64,000 bases of DNA from Gracilinanus agilis (taxonomy: Eukaryota), in assembly GCF_016433145.1 (NCBI RefSeq), contig NC_058131.1, positions 268,018,956 through 268,082,955 on the forward strand, in the 5' to 3' direction. Below are positions 50,880 through 63,900 of this stretch, one piece after another (position 1 is the stretch's first letter; each line of letters begins with the position of its first letter). The position numbers and the translations under genes were made by a program. The notes beneath the pieces were generated by a model that was not told the DNA's origin, ran no database searches, and saw only the letters and a list, made by a program, of their open reading frames with translations.

Positions 50880-51074
50880 GGGGGCAACTGGGTAGCTCAG
50901 TGGATTGAGAGACAGGCCTAGAGATGGGAGGTCCTAGGTTCAAGTCTGGCCTCAGACATTTCCCAGCTGTGTGACCCTGGGCAAGTCACTTGACCCCTTA
51001 CCACTCTTCTGCCTTGGAGCCAATACACAGTATTGACTCCAAGATGGAAGGTAAGGGTTTAAAGAAAAAAAAAA
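50880..51074 (+). mobile_element. MAR1-type SINE with 13-bp TSD
   Basis: ggggcaactgggtagctcagtgg...gactccaagatggaaggtaagggttt + A tail. TSD aagattttataga (50867-79 / 51075-87). Confidence 0.93.
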
Positions 51075-52639
51075 AAGATTTTATAGATAAGTTTATATTG
51101 TAATTGGGTATTAGCTTGGGCAGCCATGTCTCCCCATTTGGTAAATCACATCAAATGTTTCATGACTAAGATGTTTTCTGAGCTCTTTCTGTCTCCTAGT
51201 CTTAGCAATTTGTTCACCTTTAACTTATGAATGAAATTATTATCGTTTTGTCAATGTTACTTCTGTTGCTCATTGCTCACTTTTGCTTGTTTAAATAATT
51301 TAGGGTTAAATCTTAATAATATGATGGTTTTCTAATTATTATTCTTTCTAGTTCATTATATATTTTGATCTTAACTCTAAATTGATTTGGAATGTTTCAT
51401 TAAGTTAATCATAAAAGTTTGTACCACTTCATCTTCAGCAATTGATGTTAGTATGTAAGCTGCAATGATTTTCATGGTGTTGTTTTTGTAAAAAGTTATA
51501 ATTAGTATTGAAATGCATAATCATCAAATGATCCATGAAATAATATTTCTCATGAGTTTGAGGCCTACAATTAAAATAAATTCTGCCAACTCCTTTCTTT
51601 AATTCTCTAAAGATACCTGTAAGTCATCCTTCCATTTAGCTGTAACTCCTTGCTTTCCTCTGGTTTAATTTCTATGAATACTTTTTTAAAAATAAGAATA
51701 ATTTCAAGATTTACATTCAGTTCCACACTTGTTTTTCATTAGATAGATATCTCAAATTCAGAATGCCAACAATCAAATTAAAGTTTGTTCATCAAAAACT
51801 GTGATGCATAGAATCCTCAGCCTCCTAGAGGTGAAGTGCAAGTGGATAGAATGAAGACATGAGTTCAAATCATTACTTACTAGTTGGCAAGTAAACTCCT
51901 TAGGTCTCCATTCCTATATCTATAAAGTGTGGGGGTTAAACTTGATAGCTCCTTAATACCCCTTCAAGTTCTAAATCTATGATCATAAATATGATCTCTT
52001 TCTCACTACTCTGCCATTATCACTAAAGATATGCACAAAGATGAGGAGCCATCCCCAGCCTGCCCCTCCATATAGGTTATCATGACCAGGTTGTAAAGGG
52101 CTATTCAGAGAAGTTTATATTTCATCACAGATGCATTAGGGAGCTACTGGAATTTTACTGAGCAGAGTGACATGATTAGATCTGTAGGCTTTGGCAGTTC
52201 AGTGGAGGATTCAAATGGAAAGAGACTTGAAGCAAGGAGAGCTGTTATAAAGTTTTTGTAAGTCTGGGGAACAGGAGGGGAAATGAAGTACTTTTCTTTT
52301 TCATTATAGAGTCTGGAACATAGCTAAATTCAAAAAGAAGACATGAACAGAGGTAAGGACAGAGGTTGAAAAGCTTTGAAGACAGGAATTAGATTGAGGA
52401 GAAAAGAAAGAAAAGAGAAGGATCCAATTCAGAAGCAGAAGAACTTCCCTTCTTTAGAGGCTGTCAAGAAATTTGAGGGGAAAAAAACAGGGGAATTGAG
52501 CATTTTAATGTACAAAACAACAAATGGAGAGGAATAAAAAAAACTAGCAAAATATAAAAAAAAATTTTATTTATTATTTACTATGTTCCAGTCACTAGGC
52601 TAGGCTCTCAGGTTGTAATCTATTATAATACACAAAATA

Positions 52640-54289
52640 ATTCCTATTCACAAGGAACATACAATATACTGGGGAGACAACAAAGACATTATTGATCTAT
52701 CTATGTGTGCATATGTATGCACATATATGTGTATACAGAGACATATGCATACACATATACAGAATAACTATAAAGAGATTAATTACAAAGAGATGTGAAA
52801 TGGCTAAATACAAGGCAATTATGAGGGAGGGCATGATAAGTTGATGGGATCAGCTTGAGCTGAGTGCTAAAAGAAGAAAGAGATTTTATGTGGTGAAATA
52901 AAAAAGATATTTATTCCAGCCTGGGGATGGGGATGGGGGATTAATGCAAAGGCATAAGGATAGAAGATGGAGTGTCACCTGTGATGACAGAAAGGACCCT
53001 TTGGATGGATTATAGAGGAGGTGGAGGGGGAATAATGTATAATGGTGTTGGAAACACAATTTGGGCCAAGAATGAGAGACTTCATAAGCTATAAAGAGGA
53101 GATTTTATTGGAGCAAATAGGAGGCTGCTAGGATTAATGAGTAGGGGAGTGACATACACAGATATCTGAGTTTAAGGAAAATCACTTTGGCATCAATGTG
53201 AAGGATGAATTGAAGCCAGGTCAGACCAATTAGGAAGCTGTTACAATAATTTAGGCAAGAGATGACAAGAGTCTGAACTATGGTGGTGGCCACATAAGTG
53301 GAAAAAGACCAGACATGAGTGAGATTATAGAAGTAGATTTGGCAGTTGGGCAATTAATAAGCTATGTGGGGTGAAGAGGAATGAGAAAGCAGGGATACTG
53401 TCAATGTTATGAATTTAACAGTCTAGAGGAATAATTAAAATAAGGATGTTTTTAAGAGGCACAGGTTGAGAGGTAAAGAAAATAAGTTCTTCTTTGGACA
53501 TGTTAAATTTGAGATGTCTTTGGGACATCCAGTTCAAAATGTTTGGTAGAAAACTGTTGATGCAGGATTAAAGCTCAGGGGAAGAGACTAGGACTAGATC
53601 TATGAGTCATCTATGTAAAGATGATGAATAAACTCATGGGAGCTGATATAGTCACTAAGGGTGTAGAAAGAAGCATATTGAGCCTAAGACAGAACCTTGG
53701 AGAAGACCTAGAGTTAGGGAGTTAAGGATGATCTAGATCAGTGATTCCCAAAGTGGGCACTACCACTCCTTGGTAGGTGCTGCGGCAATCCAGGGGGGTA
53801 TGGTGATGGCCATAGGTGCATTTATCTTTCCTATTAATTGCTATTAAAATTTTAAAATTTTAAAATTTTCATTTCCAGGGGGATAAGTATTATTTTTTTC
53901 TGAAAAGGGGGCGGTAGGCTAAAAAAGTTTGGGAACCACTGATCTAGATGATGAACCAATGAAAGAGACTTCAAAGTCAAATACAGCAGACAAGTCAAGA
54001 AGGATGGGTCAGAAAAAAGACTATCTTATCTGGCAAGTTAGAGATTACTGGTAACTTTGGAAGGAAAATTTTCAGTATAACAGTAAGACTAGAAAATAGA
54101 CTTGTAAAGGGTTTAAGAATGAAAGAAAAGAGACAAAGTGGAGATTGTGACCAGATAGCATATTTAAGGTCTTTGGCTAAGAAAAGGAAGATATGAAACC
54201 AGATAACCTGAAGAATGGTAAGGCAGAGTGAACTTTTTTTTTTTAAAGGATGGGGCTGAATAAGGGGAGGACTAAGGCATGTTTGAAGC
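52640..54289 (-). mobile_element. L2 fragment (host of a MITE and of an LTR-like composite)
   Basis: ctttaaggaaaatcactttggca, aataagttctctttggacatgttaaatttgagatg and gagtcatctatgtaaagatga landmarks. Confidence 0.7.
53739..53941 (+). mobile_element. hAT-Charlie MITE (OposCharlie/hAT-type non-autonomous element)
   Basis: TIRs cagtgattcccaaa / tttgggaaccactg. Perfect 8-bp TSD atctagat (53731-38 / 53942-49). 203 bp. Confidence 0.92.
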
Positions 54290-54654
54290 TGTTATAGCCA
54301 AATGATAGCTGTACTGATCAGCTAAAGCTGTTATAAATAAGCTAAAGCTATCAGGGTTAACCTATTTGAAGGCACTGGATGGAAGGTGGGAAACAGCTTA
54401 ATCCAACTCTTATTTATTTCTAATAGAAGTAGGGAGAGGAATATAGGAAATAGAAAAACTAGGAGTTAGGAATAGGACAAGAATCTCTTAATCTTACTCT
54501 AATATTAGTTTCTAAATTAAGAAAAAAAATGACTGATTTCTTTGCAGCTTCTTCTTGTCTACAAAGTAGACCTCCTTAAAATATACTCTCTAACCAAAGA
54601 TCAAATTCTACTTTGTGTAATTCTCCTCAGAAGGGAATATATGTTTTATAATCT

Positions 54655-55871
54655 ATAATGTAAAGTTTAAATTCTTTTGAGAGTAATTTCAGGATAAGAA
54701 ATTTGCCATCTCCCCAGAATCCAGACAACAAACCTGTCTGGAGAAGGCACCATGAAGATGTCTGCAGAAACCCACACTACATCAAGAAGATCCAAAATGA
54801 ACTTTGGGGTGCAGTTGATTGAACTATAGGGAGTTGAATGCATTTATTTTGAATGTACATTCTTATGCCAAAGGGGACTGCCCCCAAATGGCTTTTTTGT
54901 CAATGTGCCTAGCAATCATTGGATCATTGGTTTTGTCCTCTTTTCTTTTTGTTCCCAAATTTCTATAATTTAAAAGTTGGCTATGTTTACAAGATCCATC
55001 TGGGAGACTAGTCTTCCTCTAGATCTCGGGGGGGGGGCGGGGGGGGCGTGGTATTAGAAATTTGGGGGTCCTTGAAATAATTTTGTAGGTCTCTGATCTA
55101 CAAAATTATTTCGAGGACCTCCAAATTTCCAGATTAGTCTCCCAAATGATCAAGGGGAATTGTGATAATGAGATTGAATCTATCCTGCCCATCTTTAGAT
55201 TTAATCATCAAAGGTGAAAACATCTCCACTTAAATCACAAGTTGGGAGGTAGAATGAGTAACAAATCAGAATTTACTGACTGCCTCATGGGCAGTCCTAA
55301 GAAAAGCATCTGTTGCGATTGGACATGCAACCTAAGAGGAAGGCACAGAAGTGATGCAAAAGAGGCCCCTTTAAAAAGAGAGAGTGGAGTGAACCCAGGG
55401 TCTTCTGGTTTGTGAAGGGGACATGAAGGAGGCTTCTGGTTCTTGCTTGGACGTGGAGGAGCTCTGGATCTGGGACCCTGAGACTTTGGTGAGACTGCTC
55501 TTAAATCTCTCTCTTAGAACTACATGTGGTGAGTGAAGAAAGCTGACTCCTTTAACCTCCCAGGAGGTACTAGCCTCTGGGAGGCTCCCTTGATTGGGAG
55601 AAGCCCTTGTGGCTAAAACCCTTGTTAATTGACTTTTAGGCTCTGGCTGGGCCTCTGGAGCCCTGCCAGAGTAAAACCCAGACTTAAATACAATCTCTTA
55701 CTCTTACCTTCTTCTCATCTCTCTACTTCCACTCTCTCCTATATTTTGTAAATAAACTTCCATAAAAATCATTTTAACTTGAGGTTATTCTTAATTGGGG
55801 ATTGATAATTGTTTAATCCCTTGGCAACCAACCTTTTAGTATTCAACCAAAAGCCCCTTTTCCCCCTTACA
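54655..55871 (+). mobile_element. ERV internal 3' end, G-rich PPT-like tract and LTR (55047-55871)
   Basis: G10-C-G8 tract 55028-55046, then (c)gtggtattagaaa ... ccccttaCA. AATAAA near 55752 and internal donor-like ggtgagt near 55528. Embedded in a larger AT-rich LTR-like insert (about 54290-56690). Confidence 0.7.
55057..55129. repeat. Near-perfect inverted repeat (32-bp arms, 9-nt loop)
   Basis: gaaatttgggggtccttgaaataattttgtag-gtctctgat-ctacaaaattatttcgaggacctccaaatttc. 30/32 Watson-Crick pairs. The other two are G-U on the + strand. Confidence 0.95.
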
Positions 55872-58019
55872 ACCTTACTATCCTATTCTAAATGAAGAAC
55901 CTTAAATTTATAATAAACTTAAAATAATCTATGAAAAATCCAAAACTGCCTAAAGTCAACTATCAGATAACTCAGACAGACACAGGTCTGCTCCCAAGTG
56001 ACAGTGAGTGAGTGGACAGAACCCCTTCTCTTAGCCCTTTCTCACTTCAGAAGAAAAGCTCTCAGCAACAGTCTTGAACTCAAATTTGTAGATGTATCTC
56101 TAATTCTCAAAGTCAATGTCTAAAAATAACTAACAGATCTTCTAAGAGAAATGATCCAGCAACCAGCTCCCAATAAAGTCAGAAAGACCAGACCCAGAAC
56201 TCTCTCTTTTTATCCTAGGCCTCTTAAAGTGACCAAGACAGATCTGTCTGCTCTGTCTTCTTAAAGGAGATATCATCAACTTAATAAAACTTCTTCTAAC
56301 CTATAAAGTCTGCTCCTAAGGAGACAGAATAAATATTAAATAAATTCCTTATAACATTCCCCAGTGAGAACTGTTTGGGAGAAATATTCTCCCCAAATGG
56401 ATCTTTCAAACTAAACTTATTCTATATTCTATACTAGGGATAGGGAGAAGTAAAAAGAAAGAAGAAAGCAAGCAAGCAAAAATCTTTCAAAATGCAAGTT
56501 ACACATTACATGGAGATATTTACAATTACATATATAATATAATTCTAACTATACATTATAGAAACAACCTAAAGCTAACAATTCAAAGCTACCTTATAGT
56601 TACTATGTACAAAACCTTGCAAAAAAAACCCCCAACCTATTAAATACAAGAATATACATTATAACAAAGGCAATAGGTAAAGAACACATAGGGAGAAATT
56701 GAAGTTTTGAGAGAGAAAGAGAGAAGATAACAGAGGTTATTATCTACTAAAGAAAACTAAAGGAATGGCCTCAATGTGACTGTAGGAGGATTGGTATCTA
56801 TAAATATTTTGTTGTCAAAGAGCCCTACATTCATGGATTTCTGTTGTACCAGTGTAAAGCACAATGTAGAGATTAACAGAAAATGCTTCTTAATATTAGT
56901 GAAGCAAAGCTCCAAAATCGTACTCTTAAAATGTAATTATAACAATAGGAAGACTCCTGATAAATAAGAGAAGCTACTGGAATTTGATTAAAGTTCAATA
57001 ATTGTATAGTCAACTTAAGTCACAGAACTCATTTCAATGTACAAAAAACAAATACTTACAGTTCCATTAGTGCAATACAAAGGTCTTTTTAGTTCACATT
57101 CCCAAATGAACCAGCAGATAATAGAATCTTGCAAAGAGTCGTTGCAAATCATGAAAGCATTCTTGCCTATATTCCTTCCTCCAATAGCTTAACTTCTGTA
57201 TTTTTTTCAGGACAAGACTCTAATCTCATGTCTCTTTTTAAAAAAATATTCCTCGTTACCATGCTCTGTGATAATGACATGTATAAAAATCCACAGCATT
57301 TATTTTCATACGGATAAAACTACTGCTGATCGTCATAAGCATTTATACGCTAGGGAGCATGACATCACAATGGGTTTCCAAACTAGAGTCATAAACATAA
57401 ACATAAATCATTCTCTGGTTCAGATGTATTAAAAGGTGACTGCTAGCTTTTAGAAACAACACTTTTTAATGTTTAACAAAACAGAAAAAGGTAATAGAAT
57501 AATGGTTCCTTGATCCAGCATCATTAGAGTCTAGGGAATAAGGATCCCTAAATGGTTCTTTTTCTACCCAACAGAAACTTACTTTTAAATGTCATAAAAA
57601 ATTTTAAAGCAATTTTCAAGGGAAGCCTTTGCAAAAAAACAACAAACCCCACATATTTCCTTGACTCCTCAAACAGAAGATAATGAACATAATTTTTTCT
57701 TTGATTTAGGGCACTAGGAACAGCTTGGTCTATGATAAAATACAATAGGACCTTTAGGCATATTGAGGTAAATGTGGCTATCTACTAAATACAGTTATAC
57801 TTACTGAACTCTAAGGTTCTTTATGAAGTGATTTCTCTGTTTTTTCCATGTTAGATTGGCACCTGTCATTTCTCAATGCTTTTACTTTTTTATGGGTCTA
57901 GAAACCAGATAATCTAGTTTGTTATATGTCTATATAAAATCATATTAAACAAAATCTATATTAAATTCCCTATTACTATTGAAGGTACCAATTATAATCC
58001 TTAGCCATCCATTTTTGAT

Positions 58020-58760
58020 TCTTTACTCTTTCTCATTCTTTATATAGAATCAGTAACTAATCTTGTCATCTATCTTCCCAACATCTCTTATATATGTCTT
58101 TTTTCTTTTACACTGCAATCACTCTGGTATAAATGTCATCACTTCAGATCTTGACTATTGCAAACTGCCTGCTAATTGGCCTCCCTGGCTCAAGTCTCTC
58201 CCGACTATAGTCCAACCCCTATTAAATGTCAAATTTGATCTTCCTAAATGCAGGTCTGACCATATCTGAAAACCCCATTCCTAACAAGTCAATAAATGCC
58301 AACGGCTATTACCTCCAGAATCAAATATAAAATCCTCCATTTGATTTTTAAAGTCCTTTATAACTCAGCTCCTTCCTATCTTTCCAGTCTTCTTCCACCT
58401 TACTTTTCTCCATGCACTCTATGATACAGTGACACTGATCTTCAAGCTATTCTTTTAACATGATACTCCATTTTCCTGTTCCATTCACTGGTTCTCCTGA
58501 TGCTTAGAATATGCTCTTCCTTTTTGTCTCCTGACTTTCTTGACTTCTGGTCCCACCTAAAATCCCACCTTCTGCAAGAAGTTTTCCTTTAAGATTATCT
58601 TTACCTTGTTTATATATAGTTTTCATGTTGTCTCCCTCAAAAGACTATTCGTTCCTTGAGAGAAGGAATGGTTTTTTATTGTTACTGTTTTGTTTTGCCT
58701 TTCTGTGGTATATTCAGTGCTTAGTATCTGACACTAGGTACTTAATAAATGCTTGTTGAT
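58020..58760 (+). mobile_element. L2 3' portion
   Basis: caggtctgaccatatc...attacctccagaatcaaatataaaatcctc...ttccttgagag...ggtacttaataaatgcttgttga. Confidence 0.72.
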
Positions 58761-60834
58761 TTGTTTGATGATGAGGCTCCATCTACCATAAATATAGGTA
58801 AATAAACTTTAGTGAACTGATTTTCTGACATGTTTGGCTTTCCTGATTGTTTTCTTATTTTCAGACATCCTTCAGCATAGGAAAGGCTGATAAATCCAAG
58901 ACTTTCAGATAAGTGAAACATTATCACTTGATGGAAAGCAGTAGCATTGTCTTTAGTATATTCAATTTTTACTACTGTGCTTCTATACCTTTAGACTTAT
59001 GCAAAGATATTCTTACTTAAATATCTTGTGAATAAATAACATGCCATACCTCATATTACACACATTCAACTTCAAAGCAACATCAAATTAGGCAAGTTTT
59101 ATACATTATAGTTCCAGAAATATATGGCTGCTAAGACTCCATAGTCCCAATGGCTCCAGTTCAAACAAAAAAAATTTCATCAACATTACAGAGGCAGCTA
59201 TAATGGATCCAAGTTCCCCCATCAACTATTCCCCAAGATTCCACAGACTTTTAAAAAGTTGTTGCATTCAACTGTGAAATGGCCAGATAAACTGTGGCAA
59301 TTGGCCTAATGGGATATTATTATGCTATACAAAATCATGAAAATGATGAATATTTAGAAATATGGAAAGGCATATGAATTGACACAATATGAAATAAACA
59401 GAACCAGGATAACAAAATGATGTGATACAAATATTAAGAATTATGATTAAATAATTGAAATTGAATGTGAAATTACAATGATCAACCTTCATCCCTCCAA
59501 AAATTAGGCAACCACAACCCAGCTTCTTTGCAGAGGTAAGAGACACAGATATGGAATACTATATAAAGATCTTTTGGTTATATATATATATAAAAATTTT
59601 TTTCTTCATTTTAGAAATTCATTAATGGCTCTCTGGGAAAGGGCTGCAGAGGGCCATAACAGGAAAAATATTTTTTTTAAAAAAGTCAAAAACAATCAAT
59701 GAAAAATTATCTTTTAAAAATTTATCTTCAGTGTGCCTTTGTACACGAGGAAACTGTCAGAAGGCCAACCTCTAACTTAGCACAAGAATAATTCATTCAA
59801 CTCTACTTTTAGCAATGCACATAACCATCCAACTCTTGTTAAGTTTTCAAATCTTACAGGGTATAATACAGATGAAAAGTAGAGTGGATATGGGAGAAGA
59901 CGCCTGGTTCTCTCTCAATCCCAATTGCCAAACATATATTCCTAATGGCTCCAGAACTTCTTTTCACACTTCTGGTAGAAAGAGATATGCCACATATTTA
60001 AAACTGTACTTTATCTTTACTAGAAATTCATCTCTTCATATAACCTTGTTTTAAGTCATCATCCCTATTTTGGTCCATTTTCTTCCACTGTGAAGCTAGG
60101 TGACATTGTAGACAGAAGACTGGATTTGGAGATCAGTGATATAGGGTTAAAGCTCAGGGGAAACTACAACTTTGATTTATAGATCTGAGTCATGTACATA
60201 GAGATAAAAATGAAACCCAGGGGAAGTGATGAGACCATAAATAGTATAGAAAGGAAAGGGTCCAAGAGAGTGCTGAGCTCATGACCATTTCCTAATGGGT
60301 CAACTACAAAGTCATGTTCTCTACCCTTAATTGAGAACTCTTTGTTATGAAGCAATCTTTTTATTAATTTTTGATTCTCGTTATTACATTTTCAATTGGG
60401 ACTAAAACAGAGGCAGAGATTGGACCTGTGATTGCGTAACTAACTTTCCAGTGAGGAAAACATTTGTACCAATGCAGTTGGAGACATTCACAGTACCTTA
60501 TAGCATTATCATAGAGGGCTACCTGCTAAACTGAGAGTTTAAATGACTTGCCTAGGGTCACACCTACTAAATGTGTTAAAAGGTGAAACTTGAACCTAGG
60601 TGTTCTTGAGTTTGAGGTTGGCTATCTACAATGGTATGCTTGCCTTGTCTCTTCCACAAAGCAATTTATCTAAACCTTTACTCTAGCTTCCACTAGTTGA
60701 TGACTTCATTCCAAGATAGAAGCCATTAGATATAAGCTCCCATTTCTCCCACTTTACTCCTTAAAAAATTTCTCTGCCTTCATTCATCCCCTCCTTAGAT
60801 CTACACTCAGAAGAGGAGGAAGCTTTTATACTAG

Positions 60835-61080
60835 AGGCATAGTAGATAGAGCCCTGGGCTTGGAGTCAGGAAAACTGGAGTTTGAATCTGGCCTCAGGCA
60901 CTTACCTTGGGTGACCTTGGGCAAGTCACTTAATCTCCATATGCTTCAGTTTCTTATCAAGTGTAAAATGAGGATTATAGCAGTATCTACCTCCCAGGGG
61001 GGATTTTAAGGTTCAAAAGAGGCATTTATAATGTTCTTAGCACACAGTCTGACACATGATAATTATTTAATAAATGCCTG
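60835..61080 (+). mobile_element. MIR/CORE-SINE
   Basis: gagccctgggcttggagtcaggaaaactggagtttgaatctggcctcag...gtgaccttgggcaagtcacttaatctc. Confidence 0.8.
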
Positions 61081-61131
61081 CCTTCCTTCCTTCCTTCCTT
61101 CCTTCCTTCCTTCCTTCCTTCCTTCCTTCCT
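61081..61131. repeat. (CCTT)n microsatellite at the SINE tail
   Basis: Read directly from the sequence. Confidence 0.95.
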
Positions 61132-62099
61132 TTGAATTAATCACTTTAATTATGCCCTCGACCTTAATTTTTCCTGTCAGTTTTGTGTATTGAATCACCA
61201 ATTAGTCTTTCTCATCTTCAGTCTCTCTCTTTGTAATGCCTCCTTTTTGGCTGCTTAGAAGCATTCTTAGAAAATAAAAAAACTTCACTTAACTATTCTC
61301 TCAAGCTATTAGGTTTTATCTCTCCTGCTTTTATGTTAAATTCCTAAAAGAATGGTCTCCATTTGCTGCCAACTCCTCAAGCACTTGCAATCTGACTTCT
61401 GATTACACCAATAAACTATTCTCAGAAAGATCACCAACGATTTATTATATTTGATGGCTTATTCTCAGTCTTCATCTTCCTGGACCTTTCTTGTAGGTTT
61501 CTACACCATGGATGACCAGCCATGCCTGGATATTTTCTTTTCCAGTGGCTTCTCTATCACTACTTTTCTCCTGACTACTTGTCTCTTACTACTTTACAAT
61601 ATCCTTTGACAATGAGTGACAGATCATTATATCTCTTTAAGTGTAGATGACCTTCAATACTTTTTTCTGAGTCCTCTTATTCTATATACTTTCCCTTGTT
61701 TATTTCATCAGATCTCATGAATTCAATTACCTCTCCTAAGCAGATTATTACCAAATCTTTATATCCAGGTCTAAACTTGTTGCCTGTATTTCATTTCCTC
61801 ACACTTTTCAGTCCTTTGAACTTCCAACCTCATCACACAATGAAAATGCTCTCTCCAAAATTACCAATTATCTCTTAAATGCCAAATCAGATGATCTTTT
61901 TTTCGATCTCCTATTTCTTGACCTCTTTGCAGCATCTGACACTGTTAATCAACTTATCTTCCTGGATAGTCATATTTTTTACTTTTTTCTCCTGGATCTC
62001 CTTCTATTTGGCCATTCCTTCAGAATTTCCTTTGCTAGATCATCATCCACATCATGCAGTCTTCTCTGATCTTTCCAGCTTTAAGTTCCTTTAAGTTTC

Positions 62100-62700
62100 T
62101 TTTGTTCCTCAAATCTAAAATTTTAGAGATGGAAGGGAACTCCAGTTAGTCCAACACTTCCCAAAAAAAGAATCTCTTCTACAATAAGCCTTATAAATGG
62201 TGATCTAGCCCCTGCTTTAAGATAGTCAATGAAAGGAAATGTACTACTTGCTGAAGCATCCCACTCTACTTTGTGATAGCTTTATTAGCAATTTTTTCTT
62301 TACATCAATTCAAAATTTGCTTCTTTACTATTTCCATCCAATGATCCTGGGATCTTCTCTCTGGAGTTAAATAAAGCAAGCCTAATAATCCCTTTTCTAT
62401 ATTACAACCCTTCAAATATCTGACAATTATTTTGATCCCACTGAATCATCTTTTCTACAGTGTGAACATCCCTGGTTTCTTCAACCAATCTTTGTATGGC
62501 AGAGATTCAAGGCTCTTCACTGTCTAGAGAGACCTTCCTCTGGACACATAAGCTGAAAAATGTCCTTATTAAAAACTCTGGTACCCAGAACTGAATACAA
62601 CACTCCAGAGATAGTCTTATTACATCAGAAAAAAAGTTTTTTAGCTATGAAAGTTATGCCTTAATGCATGCCAGAACTGTATTAGTTTTGCTTGTGGTAT
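62100..62700 (-). mobile_element. L3/CR1 3' end
   Basis: ggtacccagaactgaatacaacactccaga and acaacccttcaaatatctga are reversed L3 3' landmarks. Confidence 0.7.
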
Positions 62701-63049
62701 TAAACTATTAATTCAATCTACCTAAAACCCACAATTCAAATTAACCTAAAAAATATTTATTCAACATCTATTGTGTATTAGTTCCAGTTCTAGATGCTAA
62801 GTATAGAAAGAGGCTGTGTTTTTGCCTCTTTTTGTATATCCAGCACATAGCATAGTGCCAAGTACATAGTAGGAACTTAATAAATGTTTAATGATTAAGA
62901 AAAATAAGGAATGAAATGGACTTTGTACTCTATAATTAAACAATCTACTGGAGAAATATGTACAAAATAGTTATAAAGATCTAACACCTTGGGATATCAA
63001 AAAAGTTTCTCATGAAAGTAGCAATGAGCTGTTAAAAGGGAAATAAAGG

Positions 63050-63900
63050 GTTCCAACAGTCAGTCAACAATAATTTACTGAACACTTATGTTCTGGGCCC
63101 TATGCCAAACACTAGGGATACAAAAAGCTGAGGGGTTGGGGAGTGGGGATGGGGGGAAGCTGGGGACAGACCTTGTCCTTAAAGAGCTTGCATCCTAATG
63201 GAGGAGGTTATATCTAGATACAGAAAGGACTTTGAAGGCATTCTCAAAAAAAGGCTCTATTAGGGAAATATGAGTAAGGCCTCCAGCAGAAAATGATATT
63301 TGAATTAGAACATAAGAGGACTTAGAAGAAAGTAAGAGGGGGAAAAAGTAGAAGTACCATGAAGATAGCTTTCTCAAACAATTTAGCCATGAAGAATGAG
63401 AGATATGGGACCAAAGCTAATAGGGATGGGAAGATCAAGTAAAGAGTTTTTTGTTGTTTTTTTTTTAAGAAGGTAGAGATAAAGAAGAAAATCATTCCCA
63501 GGATGGGGGAAAATATGTGCAAGGCCAGAGGCAGGACAAAAGATGTAATGTATGAAGATTAACTAGCTGGCTAGTGTTATTGAAACAGATTACATGAGAA
63601 AAAAATTTGTTATGAACCTAATACAGGTTGGACCCCCAATGTAAAGGTCCTTAAATCCCAGCAATTTCTATTTTACACTATAGAGACATTAGGGGACCAC
63701 TAAAACTACTTGTGCAAGTTAATGACATGGTCAAGTTTATTTATCTTTAGTAGTATCAATTTGATGACTGTATAGAGAAGGAACTGAAGAATTAAGAGGC
63801 AGGATCAAGAGACCAATTGGGAGACTAAGTTAGAAGTGACAAAATACTGAAGTAGGATAGTTGTAGTATGAATGGAGAGAAAGGGATAGACAATCAATGG
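63050..63900 (-). mobile_element. L2 3' fragment
   Basis: cagtcagtcaacaataatttactgaacac...ccttaaagagcttgcatcctaatggaggagg. Confidence 0.65.

Noticed and set aside
8646-51074. tRNA-like A/B boxes in several elements as tRNA genes
   Set aside because: They are the tRNA-derived heads of CORE-SINEs, followed by the CORE domain and A-tails. No cloverleaf is present.
57052-57180. Perfect minus-strand donor GTAAGTAT near 57059 as a possible further EHMT1 exon
   Set aside because: The upstream sequence does not encode the expected EHMT1 peptide ([26 protein letters not shown]) and I found no good acceptor. The preceding exon appears to lie beyond the window.
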